Shown here piece after piece: positions 39,838 through 48,974 of a DNA stretch of 53,408 bases. The number at the start of each line of letters is the position of its first letter. Positions within the stretch are counted from its first letter, which is position 1. The position numbers and the translations under genes are program-made. The notes under the pieces were generated by a model that ran no database searches, was not told where the DNA came from, and was given only the letters and a program-made list of their open reading frames with translations. The stretch is from a virus (Duplodnaviria > Caudoviricetes). The stretch covers positions 1 through 53,408 of IMG/VR virus record IMGVR_UViG_3300027631_000028; one strand, 5' to 3'.

Positions 39838-41304
39838 ATGACTCTAGCAGTAAATTTAGCAAATTTAGTCGATGCACTTGGCACAGATGGTACTATCACC
39901 GACGCAAAGTCAATAAGTGATAAGCCTAATTCTAGTACTGGGTACTTTGATTTACCTTCGGGGACTACTGGGCAACGCCCAGGGTCTCCTAACACAGGTA
40001 TGGTTCGTCATAACTCTAGCCTAGGACTTATAGAAACTTGGAATGGTACTACTTGGACAGGTCTAGGGGGTAGTGCTACAATCAGTAGTACTGCTCCTGC
40101 AAGTCCTACTGATGGTGCATTTTGGTTAAATTCAGAAACAGGCGATTTATATACCTACGGACCTGGTGGTTGGATATTAGCGGGTGGTTTTGGCGGAAGT
40201 TACAATGATTTAACTAATAAACCAGCACTTTCAACAGTAGCTACTACTGGTAGTTACGCTGATTTAATAAATAAACCAGCAATTACACCTGCAGCAGTTA
40301 GTGATCAAGCAAATACAAGCACAGGGTATTTTGGAATGCCCACAGGTACAACAGCACAACGTCCAGTATCTCCAGCTAATGGTTTTACTAGAATAAATAC
40401 TACTACAAACTATTTAGAAGTATACTATAACGGTTCATGGGTAAATATGCAGTATATAGGATTAATTTCAGCTACTTACAGCGGAGCAACTTTAAGTTAT
40501 AGTGGAAACTATATTTTATTAACTTATACTGGCACTACAGGCTCATTTACTCCAACAGTTGTTCCTACAGGAGCAACTGTTGATTATGTAATTGTAGGGG
40601 GCGGCGGTGCTGGTGGTATTGACCAAGGCGGTGGAGGTGGTGCTGGTGGATATTTAACTGGAAGCATAGCAGTTGCTCAACAAGCTTACCCTATAACTAT
40701 TGGTGGAGTAGCTACTTCTATTGCTTCGCAGGTTTTTGTAAATGGTAATCCTTCAACTGCATTTGGATTAACTGCAGTTGGTGGCGGAGGTGGTGCAGGT
40801 ATTAGTTACTCTAGTAGAACTGGTAACTCAGGCGGCTCTGGTGGAGGGGCTTCTTCTGCTTGGAGTTCAGGAGTAGTAGGATTAGGTGGTGCTGCAAGTC
40901 CAAGTGGTCAAGGAAATGCAGGCGGAAATGGCTCAACTGGAGGCAGTAACTCTTCCGGAGGCGGTGGCGGTGGTGCAGGTGCTGCTGGTGCTTCGGCTGT
41001 TGGAAATGCCGCTGGTCTAGGAGGAGTTGGAATAGCAAATCCTTTTGCAGGGTCAACTGCAGGTCAACTAGTTAATGGTACTTATTACCTTGCAGGAGGT
41101 GGTGGTGGTGGTACTTATCAAGGAACTAGAGCTGCTGGAGGCAATGGAGGAGGAGGCTCTGGCGGTGGACCTAGTACGGTATTTGATGGTGGTAGCGGTG
41201 CTCTTAACACTGGTGGTGGTGGAGGTGGTGGTGTTGGTACTAGTGCTGGTACTGTTGGTAGTGGCGGGTCAGGTGTAGTAATAATTAGATATAGGTACCA
41301 ATAA
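39838..41304 (+). CDS. Glycine-rich (polyglycine-II type) fibre/adhesin protein
   Basis: LPSGTTGQRP..P..G..R.N modules x2; DYVIVGGGGAGG...GSGVVIIRY glycine-rich domain. Confidence 0.8.
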   Translation: MTLAVNLANLVDALGTDGTITDAKSISDKPNSSTGYFDLPSGTTGQRPGSPNTGMVRHNSSLGLIETWNGTTWTGLGGSATISSTAPASPTDGAFWLNSETGDLYTYGPGGWILAGGFGGSYNDLTNKPALSTVATTGSYADLINKPAITPAAVSDQANTSTGYFGMPTGTTAQRPVSPANGFTRINTTTNYLEVYYNGSWVNMQYIGLISATYSGATLSYSGNYILLTYTGTTGSFTPTVVPTGATVDYVIVGGGGAGGIDQGGGGGAGGYLTGSIAVAQQAYPITIGGVATSIASQVFVNGNPSTAFGLTAVGGGGGAGISYSSRTGNSGGSGGGASSAWSSGVVGLGGAASPSGQGNAGGNGSTGGSNSSGGGGGGAGAAGASAVGNAAGLGGVGIANPFAGSTAGQLVNGTYYLAGGGGGGTYQGTRAAGGNGGGGSGGGPSTVFDGGSGALNTGGGGGGGVGTSAGTVGSGGSGVVIIRYRYQ

Positions 41305-41305
41305 C

Positions 41306-42646
41306 ATGGCAATACAATTTCCTTCAAGCCCAACGTTAAACCAGTTATATACTTATAATAGTATTAACTGGACTTATAATGGTACAGGCTGGACAAAAGC
41401 AAGCACTGTTCTTGCCCCAGATAAAATAAGTGATCAAACTAATACTAGTACTGGTTATTTTGATCTGCCAACAGGTACAACTGCTCAACGACCTGTAACT
41501 GCAAACACAGGTATGGTTCGTTTTAATACTACTATAGGTGCTTTAGAACAATATAACGGTACTGCTTGGATAACAATAGGTGGTACAGTTAGTTTTGATA
41601 ATCTTCAGTTAACTGGAGATTACGTAGGATTACCATCAGGAACAACAGCAACGCGACCAGGTTCACCAGCCATAGGTTATACTCGCATAAATACTACTGA
41701 CAGTACATTGGAAGTATACTATAACGGGGCATGGAGTGTTGTTAATTATTTTGGGTATCTTACAGCAAACAGTAACGCTATAGTAACTACTAGCGGTAAT
41801 TTTAAAATACATACTTTTTTAACTAGTGGATCGTTTTTTGTTACTGGTGCTTCTGCTGTATCTGCTGTAGAATATTTAGTTGTTGCAGGCGGTGGTGGTG
41901 GTGGATCTGATATGGGTGGTGGTGGTGGTGCCGGTGGATACTTAGCTGCTGCAGGATTAGTACTTAATACTGGTGCATATGCTATTACAGTAGGCGGTGG
42001 TGGAGTAGGAGGTCCTGCAGGTACTTCTCAAGTACGAGGCGTTAATGGTACTCCTAGTTCTATTATTTACACTGGTGGTACAAATATTGCTACTGCCATT
42101 GGTGGTGGTGGTGGCGGATCCGGATATGGAACGGCTAACGTAGCAGGCACTGGCGGCAGTGGCGGTGGTTCAGCCTCAAGTGGTAGTGGAGCAACTCCTG
42201 GACTAGGAACAGTTGGTCAAGGCAATAATGGTTCTGTTGGTGCAGGAAATTACTACCCTGGTGGTGGCGGTGGTGCAGGTGCTGCTGGTGCGGTTAACCC
42301 AGCTAATGGTGGCGTTGGCGTACTAAACACAATTAATGGATCAAGCTTATACTGGGCTGGTGGTGGTGGTGGTGCTGGATACTCAAACATTGCTGGTAAC
42401 GGCGGATTAGGTGGTGGTGGTGGTGGTGGCCCTAAAGTTTCTGGTGGCGGTTTAGGTGGTGGTCAAGCCCTAAACACAGGTTTAGATGGTACTGTTGGTT
42501 CACTAGTTTCTCAAACAAACGTACCTGGTGGAGCAGGTGGTGCTAACACCGGTGGCGGTGGCGGAGGTGGTGCACACTATAACTCAAACAACTACGGTGG
42601 TACAGGTGGTAGCGGCATAGTAATAATTAAATATAGGTTTCAATAA
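41306..42646 (+). CDS. Glycine-rich fibre/adhesin protein
   Basis: AIQFPSSPT N-terminus, two GTTA.RP modules, IHTF...EYLVVAGGGGGG...GIVIIKY. Confidence 0.8.
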   Translation: MAIQFPSSPTLNQLYTYNSINWTYNGTGWTKASTVLAPDKISDQTNTSTGYFDLPTGTTAQRPVTANTGMVRFNTTIGALEQYNGTAWITIGGTVSFDNLQLTGDYVGLPSGTTATRPGSPAIGYTRINTTDSTLEVYYNGAWSVVNYFGYLTANSNAIVTTSGNFKIHTFLTSGSFFVTGASAVSAVEYLVVAGGGGGGSDMGGGGGAGGYLAAAGLVLNTGAYAITVGGGGVGGPAGTSQVRGVNGTPSSIIYTGGTNIATAIGGGGGGSGYGTANVAGTGGSGGGSASSGSGATPGLGTVGQGNNGSVGAGNYYPGGGGGAGAAGAVNPANGGVGVLNTINGSSLYWAGGGGGAGYSNIAGNGGLGGGGGGGPKVSGGGLGGGQALNTGLDGTVGSLVSQTNVPGGAGGANTGGGGGGGAHYNSNNYGGTGGSGIVIIKYRFQ

Positions 42647-43008
42647 TGAGTCATTTTGCACAAATAAATGAAAATAACGTAGTCACACAAGTTATAGTAG
42701 CAGAACAAGAATTTATAGATTCTAATGCTGTTGGTGATCCAGCTAAATGGATTCAAACAAGCTATAACACACATGGTGGAATACATCGCACAGGCGGAAC
42801 TCCTCTGCGTAAAAATTATGCAGGTATAGGTTATACTTATGACGTTAATCGCGATGCTTTTATATCGCCTCGACCGTTTGCATCATGGACACTAGAAGAA
42901 GCTACTTGCTTGTGGATTCCTCCAGTTCTTTACCCACAAACTGGTGGACCTTATAAGTGGAACGAAACTAGTCAAGCTTGGGAGCAATTTACTCCTATTA
43001 CGGAATAA
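42646..43008 (+). CDS. Small conserved partner of glycine-rich fibre proteins (possible assembly factor)
   Basis: MSHFAQINENNVV...WIQTSYN...RKNYAGIGYTYD..RDAFI.P.P..SW.L.E.TC.W motif; TAATG coupling. Confidence 0.7.
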   Translation: MSHFAQINENNVVTQVIVAEQEFIDSNAVGDPAKWIQTSYNTHGGIHRTGGTPLRKNYAGIGYTYDVNRDAFISPRPFASWTLEEATCLWIPPVLYPQTGGPYKWNETSQAWEQFTPITE

Positions 43009-43017
43009 GGAAACACA

Positions 43018-44055
43018 ATGAGTACAGCAACAAGATTAACAAAATTAGCCGAAGGGTTAGATTCTAACGGAGTATTGTCTGCTGAAAAGGGTGGAACAGG
43101 AGCAACTACATTTAGTGGTGGAGCCTCAACTCCTAGTGCAGTTAGTGATCAAGCAAACACAAGTACAGGTTATTTTGATTTACCTGTAGGTACTACTGGA
43201 CAACGTCCTGCTTCACCAGGTGAAGGTAATTTTCGTATTAATAGTACTACATCAGCTTTAGAAGTATATTACCTAGGTTTCTGGAGTACTATTAAATCAT
43301 TAGGTCTTTCATTAGCAGCAGGCGGTACTTCTGTTGCAACTGACGGTAATTACAAAGTTCATACGTTTACTACTGGTGGTAATTTTGTAGTTTCTCAATC
43401 TGCATCTGCATTTGAAGTATTATTAGTTGCTGGGGGTGGTGGTGGAGCAAATGATGTTGGCGGCGGTGGAGGAGCAGGAGGTTTAATTTATCAAAGTGCT
43501 TTGGAATTACCTGTTGCTACTTATGTTATTGGTGTTGGCACAGGTGGTGCAGGTAGTGGTAGTACAAGCGGAAGAGCTGGTAACGGACTTAATACTACAG
43601 GATTTAGTTTAACTGCAATAGGCGGTGGCGGTGGTGCTAACTATACTGGATCGGGCAGCGTGGTTACCGGTGCTACTGGTGGATCCGGCGGGGGCGGTGT
43701 GGGATATACGTGGCCTTCAAATGGAGGTGCCGGCACCTCGGGACAAGGTTTTCCCGGAGGTAATGGTGCAGGCACAACTTCTGGAACAGGTGGTGGTGGT
43801 GGTGGTGCTACAGGGGCTGGTGTCAATGGTATTTCAAATGTTACTGGATTTGCTGCAGGTGGAACAGGATTTACCTCACTAATCTCAGGAACAAGTACTG
43901 TTTACGCAACAGGCGGTAAAGGTGGTGGAGATAATTGGACAGGAGCTATATCATCTACACCAAATACTGGTAACGGTGGAGATGGTCAGGGTATTAACGC
44001 ATCAGGCGGTGATGGTGCTGGTGGTATAGTAATAATTAGATATAGGTTTCAATAA
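43018..44055 (+). CDS. Glycine-rich fibre/adhesin protein
   Basis: Shared N-terminal tag, SDQANTSTGYFDLP.GTT module, VHTF...LLVAGGGGG...GIVIIRY. Confidence 0.8.
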   Translation: MSTATRLTKLAEGLDSNGVLSAEKGGTGATTFSGGASTPSAVSDQANTSTGYFDLPVGTTGQRPASPGEGNFRINSTTSALEVYYLGFWSTIKSLGLSLAAGGTSVATDGNYKVHTFTTGGNFVVSQSASAFEVLLVAGGGGGANDVGGGGGAGGLIYQSALELPVATYVIGVGTGGAGSGSTSGRAGNGLNTTGFSLTAIGGGGGANYTGSGSVVTGATGGSGGGGVGYTWPSNGGAGTSGQGFPGGNGAGTTSGTGGGGGGATGAGVNGISNVTGFAAGGTGFTSLISGTSTVYATGGKGGGDNWTGAISSTPNTGNGGDGQGINASGGDGAGGIVIIRYRFQ

Positions 44056-44057
44056 TC

Positions 44058-44249
44058 ATGGGTATAGCACGATATTTATCAAAACTAGGTTCTGTGTTAA
44101 GCGCAGAAGGTATAGTACCCGTTTCTAAGAGCGGTGCAACTTGGGATGCATATGCTACGGGTACTAACACTAATTTGGGTAATAATACTGGTTGGCGTTT
44201 TGTTTTAGCAACTTCTCCAGTTTCGGGTCAATTCATGGCTTTCTTTTAA
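44058..44249 (+). CDS. 63-aa mini-protein: shared N-terminal tag plus short C-terminal motif (possible internal-deletion relic)
   Basis: MGIARYLSKL...G...SK.G resembles the N-termini of 27346, 33535 and 43018. Confidence 0.65.
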   Translation: MGIARYLSKLGSVLSAEGIVPVSKSGATWDAYATGTNTNLGNNTGWRFVLATSPVSGQFMAFF

Positions 44250-44269
44250 AGTCAATAACAAGGAATAAT

Positions 44270-44764
44270 ATGACAACTTTAGTAAAAGCCGCAACAATTG
44301 AGTCTTCACTATATAATAGTTTGGCTACTTTAACAGGTACTCAAACTTTAGTAAATAAAACATTAAAAGTAACAAAAGAAGCCGTTACAGTAACTAATAC
44401 TGCTGCTGCGGGCTCGCTTAATTTTGATGTTGCCACACAAGCCATTATGGTGTATAATACAGCAACATCAAATTTTAATATAGCTGTACGAGGTGATGCT
44501 AATACTAATTTAAATTCAGTATTAGCTGTAGGTGAATCTATTGGAATATGCTTAATAGTTCCTAACGGTAATGTACCCTATTATCTAACTGCTATATCTA
44601 TTGATAATGTTGCACAAAATCCTATATTTCAGTCTGGAGTTGTGTTTTTTGCTGGTAATATGAATTCTACAGATATGTACAATTTATTTATTATTAAAAC
44701 TGGTACAGCTAATGCTACTACAGGTTTATATCAAATATATGCTTCTCAGACTAAGTTTGCATAA
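44270..44764 (+). CDS. Beta-rich structural protein (164 aa; start revised from 44192)
   Basis: AAGGA RBS before ATG 44270; TLTGTQTLVNKTL fibre motif; ends ASQTKFA. Confidence 0.7.
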   Translation: MTTLVKAATIESSLYNSLATLTGTQTLVNKTLKVTKEAVTVTNTAAAGSLNFDVATQAIMVYNTATSNFNIAVRGDANTNLNSVLAVGESIGICLIVPNGNVPYYLTAISIDNVAQNPIFQSGVVFFAGNMNSTDMYNLFIIKTGTANATTGLYQIYASQTKFA

Positions 44765-44773
44765 GGATAATTA

Positions 44774-46459
44774 ATGCCCTTTCAATCCACTATATCAAAT
44801 CCAGGAACTAACGTAAGTATTGCTGGTAATCCTTCTGGTGGAGTAACTGCACCTAGAGTTTATACTTTTCCTTCACTACAAGGATGGTCACAATTAAATA
44901 ATGTTGATTATTATTTTCCAACAAACATAAATGAAAACGTAAGTACTCCAATATACGTGCAAAGTAAAAATTTACCTCAAGGAACTACTTTATTTTGGAC
45001 AATACTTCATCAAACAACAAGTGATGCAGATTTTATAGCTACTAGTGGTTCATTTGTTAGCAGTAGTCTTGCTTATATAAATGGGACCGGAACTGGTGGA
45101 TTTAATATAACAACTATTCGAGATGCAATTACAGAAGGTCCAGAGCTATTTCAAATACAAATACGAGAGTGGTCAACTACAAGTGTAGTAGTTGCAACTA
45201 GTTCGGTTATAACTGTAAACGATACCAGTACGGCACCATCATATATTTTTGATTCCACAAATCCTACTAGCCTAGACGAAGGTGTGTGGGGCAGTACTTT
45301 TCAACCAGCATCAAAACAATTTAAAATTTTAACAACTCAAGTTCCTGGTGGTACTTATTTATACTACACTTTAACCAGTAATTCTCCAGGTTTTAGTACT
45401 ACTAGCGGGGTTGATATTACTTATTACACAACTGACTATCCGAGCCAAGCATTGTTACAAGATGGAAGAGTTTACATATTTTCAACAGGTTACGGTATTA
45501 TACATATAAATGGTAGAAACGATAACTTAACTGAAGGCACTGAAACATTTCAAATTCAGCTTAGAACAGGCTCTACAACAGGCCCTATTGTAGCAACTAG
45601 TGCAGAAATAAGTATCGAAGATACATCACCGTATCTTGGACAACCAACTTTTAATTTTGAATATCAGGTTATTGGTGGCGGTGCAGGCGGTCCCTCAGTT
45701 TTTTCAGGCGGAGGCGGTGGTGGCGGAGGTTTTGCTAGCGGTAGTATGGCTTGGACTTCTGGTGCTCCTCAGCGAGTTACTTACTACATTAAAGCAGGTG
45801 CTGGTGGTGCACCTGCTACAAGTGGTGGAGACACTTATATAAGAAGCCAGTATGCAGGCAATCCATGGCTAGAATTTTTTGGTCGAGGTGGTGGCCGTGG
45901 TGCTTCTACTCTGGGGGCTGCTGCATGGGGCGGAGGAGGTGGAGGAGGTGGTGGTAATGGTAGTACTACTCAATACTCTTATGGTGCCAATCAATGGAAT
46001 AACACAACGGGCACTGTGATAGTTACTATTAATGCTGCTAATCGTCAAGCTGGTTCGGGCGGTAACGGTGCTCCTAAAGCTGGTGGTGGTGGTGGTGGTG
46101 GTTTAGGTGGCTCTGGATCAGCAGCTAATGGAGTGGCTGCAGGTTCAACATCACCTGGTAAAGGCGGCGCTGGTAAAGTTAACTGGTTAGGGGTATTGTG
46201 TGGCCAAGGCGGCGGCGGTGTAAATTATCTAGGTACTACGGCAACAAGATATAATGGTAGTACAAACACTAGCGGAGCTAATTCAGGCGAAGCAGGGCAA
46301 TATCAAGGATCTGGGGCTAACGGTGTAGCTATTATAAGGTATCCAGATACAAAAGCGCCAGCTGTTGCCGTATCAGGAACATATGAAACTTATGTTACAG
46401 GCGGCTATCGATACTATATATGGACAAGTGGATTCGGAACTATTCGATTTTCCAATTAA
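44774..46459 (+). CDS. Two Calx-beta-like domains plus glycine-rich domain protein
   Basis: D.ITEG.E.FQIQ.R..S....VATS..I...DTS twice; EYQVIGGGAGG...GVAIIRYP. Confidence 0.75.
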   Translation: MPFQSTISNPGTNVSIAGNPSGGVTAPRVYTFPSLQGWSQLNNVDYYFPTNINENVSTPIYVQSKNLPQGTTLFWTILHQTTSDADFIATSGSFVSSSLAYINGTGTGGFNITTIRDAITEGPELFQIQIREWSTTSVVVATSSVITVNDTSTAPSYIFDSTNPTSLDEGVWGSTFQPASKQFKILTTQVPGGTYLYYTLTSNSPGFSTTSGVDITYYTTDYPSQALLQDGRVYIFSTGYGIIHINGRNDNLTEGTETFQIQLRTGSTTGPIVATSAEISIEDTSPYLGQPTFNFEYQVIGGGAGGPSVFSGGGGGGGGFASGSMAWTSGAPQRVTYYIKAGAGGAPATSGGDTYIRSQYAGNPWLEFFGRGGGRGASTLGAAAWGGGGGGGGGNGSTTQYSYGANQWNNTTGTVIVTINAANRQAGSGGNGAPKAGGGGGGGLGGSGSAANGVAAGSTSPGKGGAGKVNWLGVLCGQGGGGVNYLGTTATRYNGSTNTSGANSGEAGQYQGSGANGVAIIRYPDTKAPAVAVSGTYETYVTGGYRYYIWTSGFGTIRFSN

Positions 46460-46484
46460 TTTTTTAACTAACTAAATAATAAAA

Positions 46485-47531
46485 ATGAAAATAGCAGTTT
46501 ACGCTATAAGCAAAAATGAAGAACAATTTGTTGAACGTTTTTGCAAATCCGCAATAGACGCTGATCTTGTCTTAATTGCGGATACTGGTTCTACAGATGC
46601 AACAGTTGCTGAAGCCAAAAAATACGGTGCAACCGTATATGAAATTTCAGTTAAACCTTGGCGGTTTGATAAAGCTCGCGATACAGCACTAAATTTAATC
46701 CCTGGGGATTACGACGTGTGCATTTCGCTAGACTTAGACGAGGTCTTAGAGCCAGGCTGGCGAGAAGAAATTGAAAAAACTTGGTCTGCAGACACTACCC
46801 GTTTACGTTATAAATTTGATTGGGGCAGCGGTATTAGTTTTTTCTATGAAAAGATTCATCATAGAACAGGCTACCACTGGCATCACCCAGTACATGAATA
46901 TCCTCGCCCAGACAATCGTACCAAAGAAGTATATGCACAAACAGATATGCTGTTGGTAAGGCATCTTCCTGATAATACTAAATCACGCGGGCAGTACATG
47001 CCTCTTTTAGAATTAGCAATTTTGGAAGATCCGCACTGTCCTCGTAATGCTTTTTACCATGCTCGCGAACTTACCTTTTATAAACGCTGGGAAGAAGCCA
47101 TTATTTTTCTTAATAAGTACTTAGCAATGCCTGAAGCTACTTGGCAAAATGAGCGATGCTATGCTTATCGTTTATTAGGTAAATGCTACTCTGAATTACA
47201 GAACTGGGAACAGTCTGTTAAAATGTTTCGTTTAGCAATTGCTGAAGCTCCCAATACTCGTGAACCTTGGGTAGGGCTTGCTGAAACTTGTTATAAATTA
47301 AATATGTGGTTAGATTGTTACTCCGCCTGTAAATCAGCACTAGCAATCAAAGACAAAGCTTTAGTTTATACAATGGATCCTACAGTATGGCGTGAAGTAC
47401 CTTATGATTATGCTTCTATAGCTGCATGGCAATTAGGATTTAAATCGGAAGCCCTTGAATTAGTAAAAAAAGCCCTGGAGTTTGCTCCAGATAATGCAAG
47501 ATTAGTAAATAACCTAAAAAGTATGACATAA
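46485..47531 (+). CDS. GT2-family glycosyltransferase with C-terminal TPR repeats
   Basis: AISKNEE, DTGSTD, F..AR..AL, DxD (DLDE, 46731-39), HPVHE; helical TPR-like C-terminal half. Confidence 0.9.
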   Translation: MKIAVYAISKNEEQFVERFCKSAIDADLVLIADTGSTDATVAEAKKYGATVYEISVKPWRFDKARDTALNLIPGDYDVCISLDLDEVLEPGWREEIEKTWSADTTRLRYKFDWGSGISFFYEKIHHRTGYHWHHPVHEYPRPDNRTKEVYAQTDMLLVRHLPDNTKSRGQYMPLLELAILEDPHCPRNAFYHARELTFYKRWEEAIIFLNKYLAMPEATWQNERCYAYRLLGKCYSELQNWEQSVKMFRLAIAEAPNTREPWVGLAETCYKLNMWLDCYSACKSALAIKDKALVYTMDPTVWREVPYDYASIAAWQLGFKSEALELVKKALEFAPDNARLVNNLKSMT

Positions 47532-47950
47532 TGTGGATACTACAATTTTTACCTAACTGGATCTTTCCAGTGTTATTCTTTGTTGGAATAATTTTATACT
47601 TAGTTACTAAAACTATTTCATTTTTGCCCCATACAAAAATATTTCAAGCCGTTGCTGTTGCGTTAATTTTCTTTAGTACTTATATGATAGGTGCAATTAG
47701 CAATAATAATGCTTGGCTAGCTCGTGTTAAAGACCTAGAAGTCAAAGTAGCACAAGCAGAAGCCAAATCCGCAAATACAAACACCGAAATTGTTGAAAAA
47801 ACAGTTATAAAAACTCAAATAGTCAAACAACGTGGTCAAGACATAATTAAGTATGTAGATCGTGAAATTATTAAGTTTGATACTAGTTGTGTAATCCCCA
47901 AAGAATTTGTACTAATACATAATCAAGCTGCAGAGGCACTAAAGAAATGA
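47531..47950 (+). CDS. Rz-like inner-membrane spanin
   Basis: N-terminal TM helices, coiled coil, C-terminal Cys; overlaps downstream lipoprotein gene. Confidence 0.7.
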   Translation: MWILQFLPNWIFPVLFFVGIILYLVTKTISFLPHTKIFQAVAVALIFFSTYMIGAISNNNAWLARVKDLEVKVAQAEAKSANTNTEIVEKTVIKTQIVKQRGQDIIKYVDREIIKFDTSCVIPKEFVLIHNQAAEALKK

Positions 47951-48213
47951 AATTATTATTAATACCACTAATTTTACTAATTGCAGCCTGTTCTACAACC
48001 GTTCCAGTTACAGCAAAATTTCCGCAAGCTCCAGGTGCCTTAGTGCAGGAGCCGTGTCCTAATCTGCAAAAACTTGCAGACGATTCAAAACTTTCAGATG
48101 TGGCAAAAACTATAACAGTTAATTATAGTGAATACTATATGTGTGCTGTTAAATTAGAAGCCTGGCAGCGTTGGTACAGCGAACAAAAAACTATATACGA
48201 AGGATTTAAGTAA
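47947..48213 (+). CDS. Rz1-like outer-membrane lipoprotein spanin
   Basis: Signal peptide with lipobox IAAC, Pro-rich, NY..Y..C. Confidence 0.8.
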   Translation: MKLLLIPLILLIAACSTTVPVTAKFPQAPGALVQEPCPNLQKLADDSKLSDVAKTITVNYSEYYMCAVKLEAWQRWYSEQKTIYEGFK

Positions 48214-48827
48214 TGGAATTAACACTTGAGCAGCTAAAACAAATTGTTGAAAGAAATCCACATATAGAGTACTGGCATAAAGCTTTAGTACAACTATTAC
48301 CAGATTACGAGATCAATACTCCACAACGTATGGCTGCGTTTTTAGCACAATGTGCTCACGAGTCAGGTGGTTTTCGTGCAATCAAAGAAAATTTAAATTA
48401 TCGTGCAGTTACACTACGCAAGATTTTTGGCAAATACTTTCCAACAGACGAGATGGCAACACAGTATGCAAACAAGCCAGAAAAAATAGCCAATTTAGTT
48501 TATGCTAACAGGATGGGCAATGGTGGACCTGAAACAGGCGATGGTTATCGTTACTCTGGTCGCGGGTTAATTCAGCTAACAGGCAAAGACAACTACTTTT
48601 GGTTTGCAGCTTCATTAGAAATTTCACCTGAAGCTGCATCAGAATACATGGAAACTTTTGAAGGTGCTGCACAGTCGGCTTGTTGGTTCTGGGAAACAAA
48701 TAAGCTAAATCAGTGGGCAGATGCCGATGACATTTTAACATTAACTAAACGTATCAACGGTGGTACTATTGGCTTAGAAGATCGTATAAAACACTATGAG
48801 CATGCTAAATATGTACTAGGAGCTTAA
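48213..48827 (+). CDS. Endolysin, glycoside hydrolase family 19
   Basis: FLAQCAHESGGF, ENLNY, GRGLIQLTGKDNY, TKRINGG. Confidence 0.95.
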   Translation: MELTLEQLKQIVERNPHIEYWHKALVQLLPDYEINTPQRMAAFLAQCAHESGGFRAIKENLNYRAVTLRKIFGKYFPTDEMATQYANKPEKIANLVYANRMGNGGPETGDGYRYSGRGLIQLTGKDNYFWFAASLEISPEAASEYMETFEGAAQSACWFWETNKLNQWADADDILTLTKRINGGTIGLEDRIKHYEHAKYVLGA

Positions 48828-48971
48828 ATGGCTGCTTTTATCCTTTATGTTGTTTTAACTGCTGCTGCTCCTCCTCCTAAATACGTATGTGTTCGATGGG
48901 CGTGGACTGGTGATGTTTACAACAGAAAGGTATATTGTCTTGAATGGAAAAAACTAGATGATAGAAAGTAA
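48828..48971 (+). CDS. 47-aa exported peptide with a Cys pair (not in ORF track)
   Basis: MAAFILYVVLTAAAPPPKYVCVRWAWTGDVYNRKVYCLEWKKLDDRK; AGGAG RBS; fills gap exactly. Confidence 0.75.
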   Translation: MAAFILYVVLTAAAPPPKYVCVRWAWTGDVYNRKVYCLEWKKLDDRK

Positions 48972-48974
48972 CTT

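Noticed and set aside
44192-44269. -1 frameshift fusing the 44058 tag to the 44270 protein
   Set aside because: Frames overlap, but there is no in-frame X XXY YYZ slippery site and 44270 has its own RBS
17505-46459. Diversity-generating retroelement suggested by Mtd-N-like domains and many adhesins
   Set aside because: No reverse transcriptase in the window and no repeat pair with adenine-specific mismatches seen; one elsewhere in the genome cannot be excluded
27346-46459. Invertase-driven shufflon
   Set aside because: All cassettes are complete genes on one strand; no recombinase gene or inverted crossover sites seen
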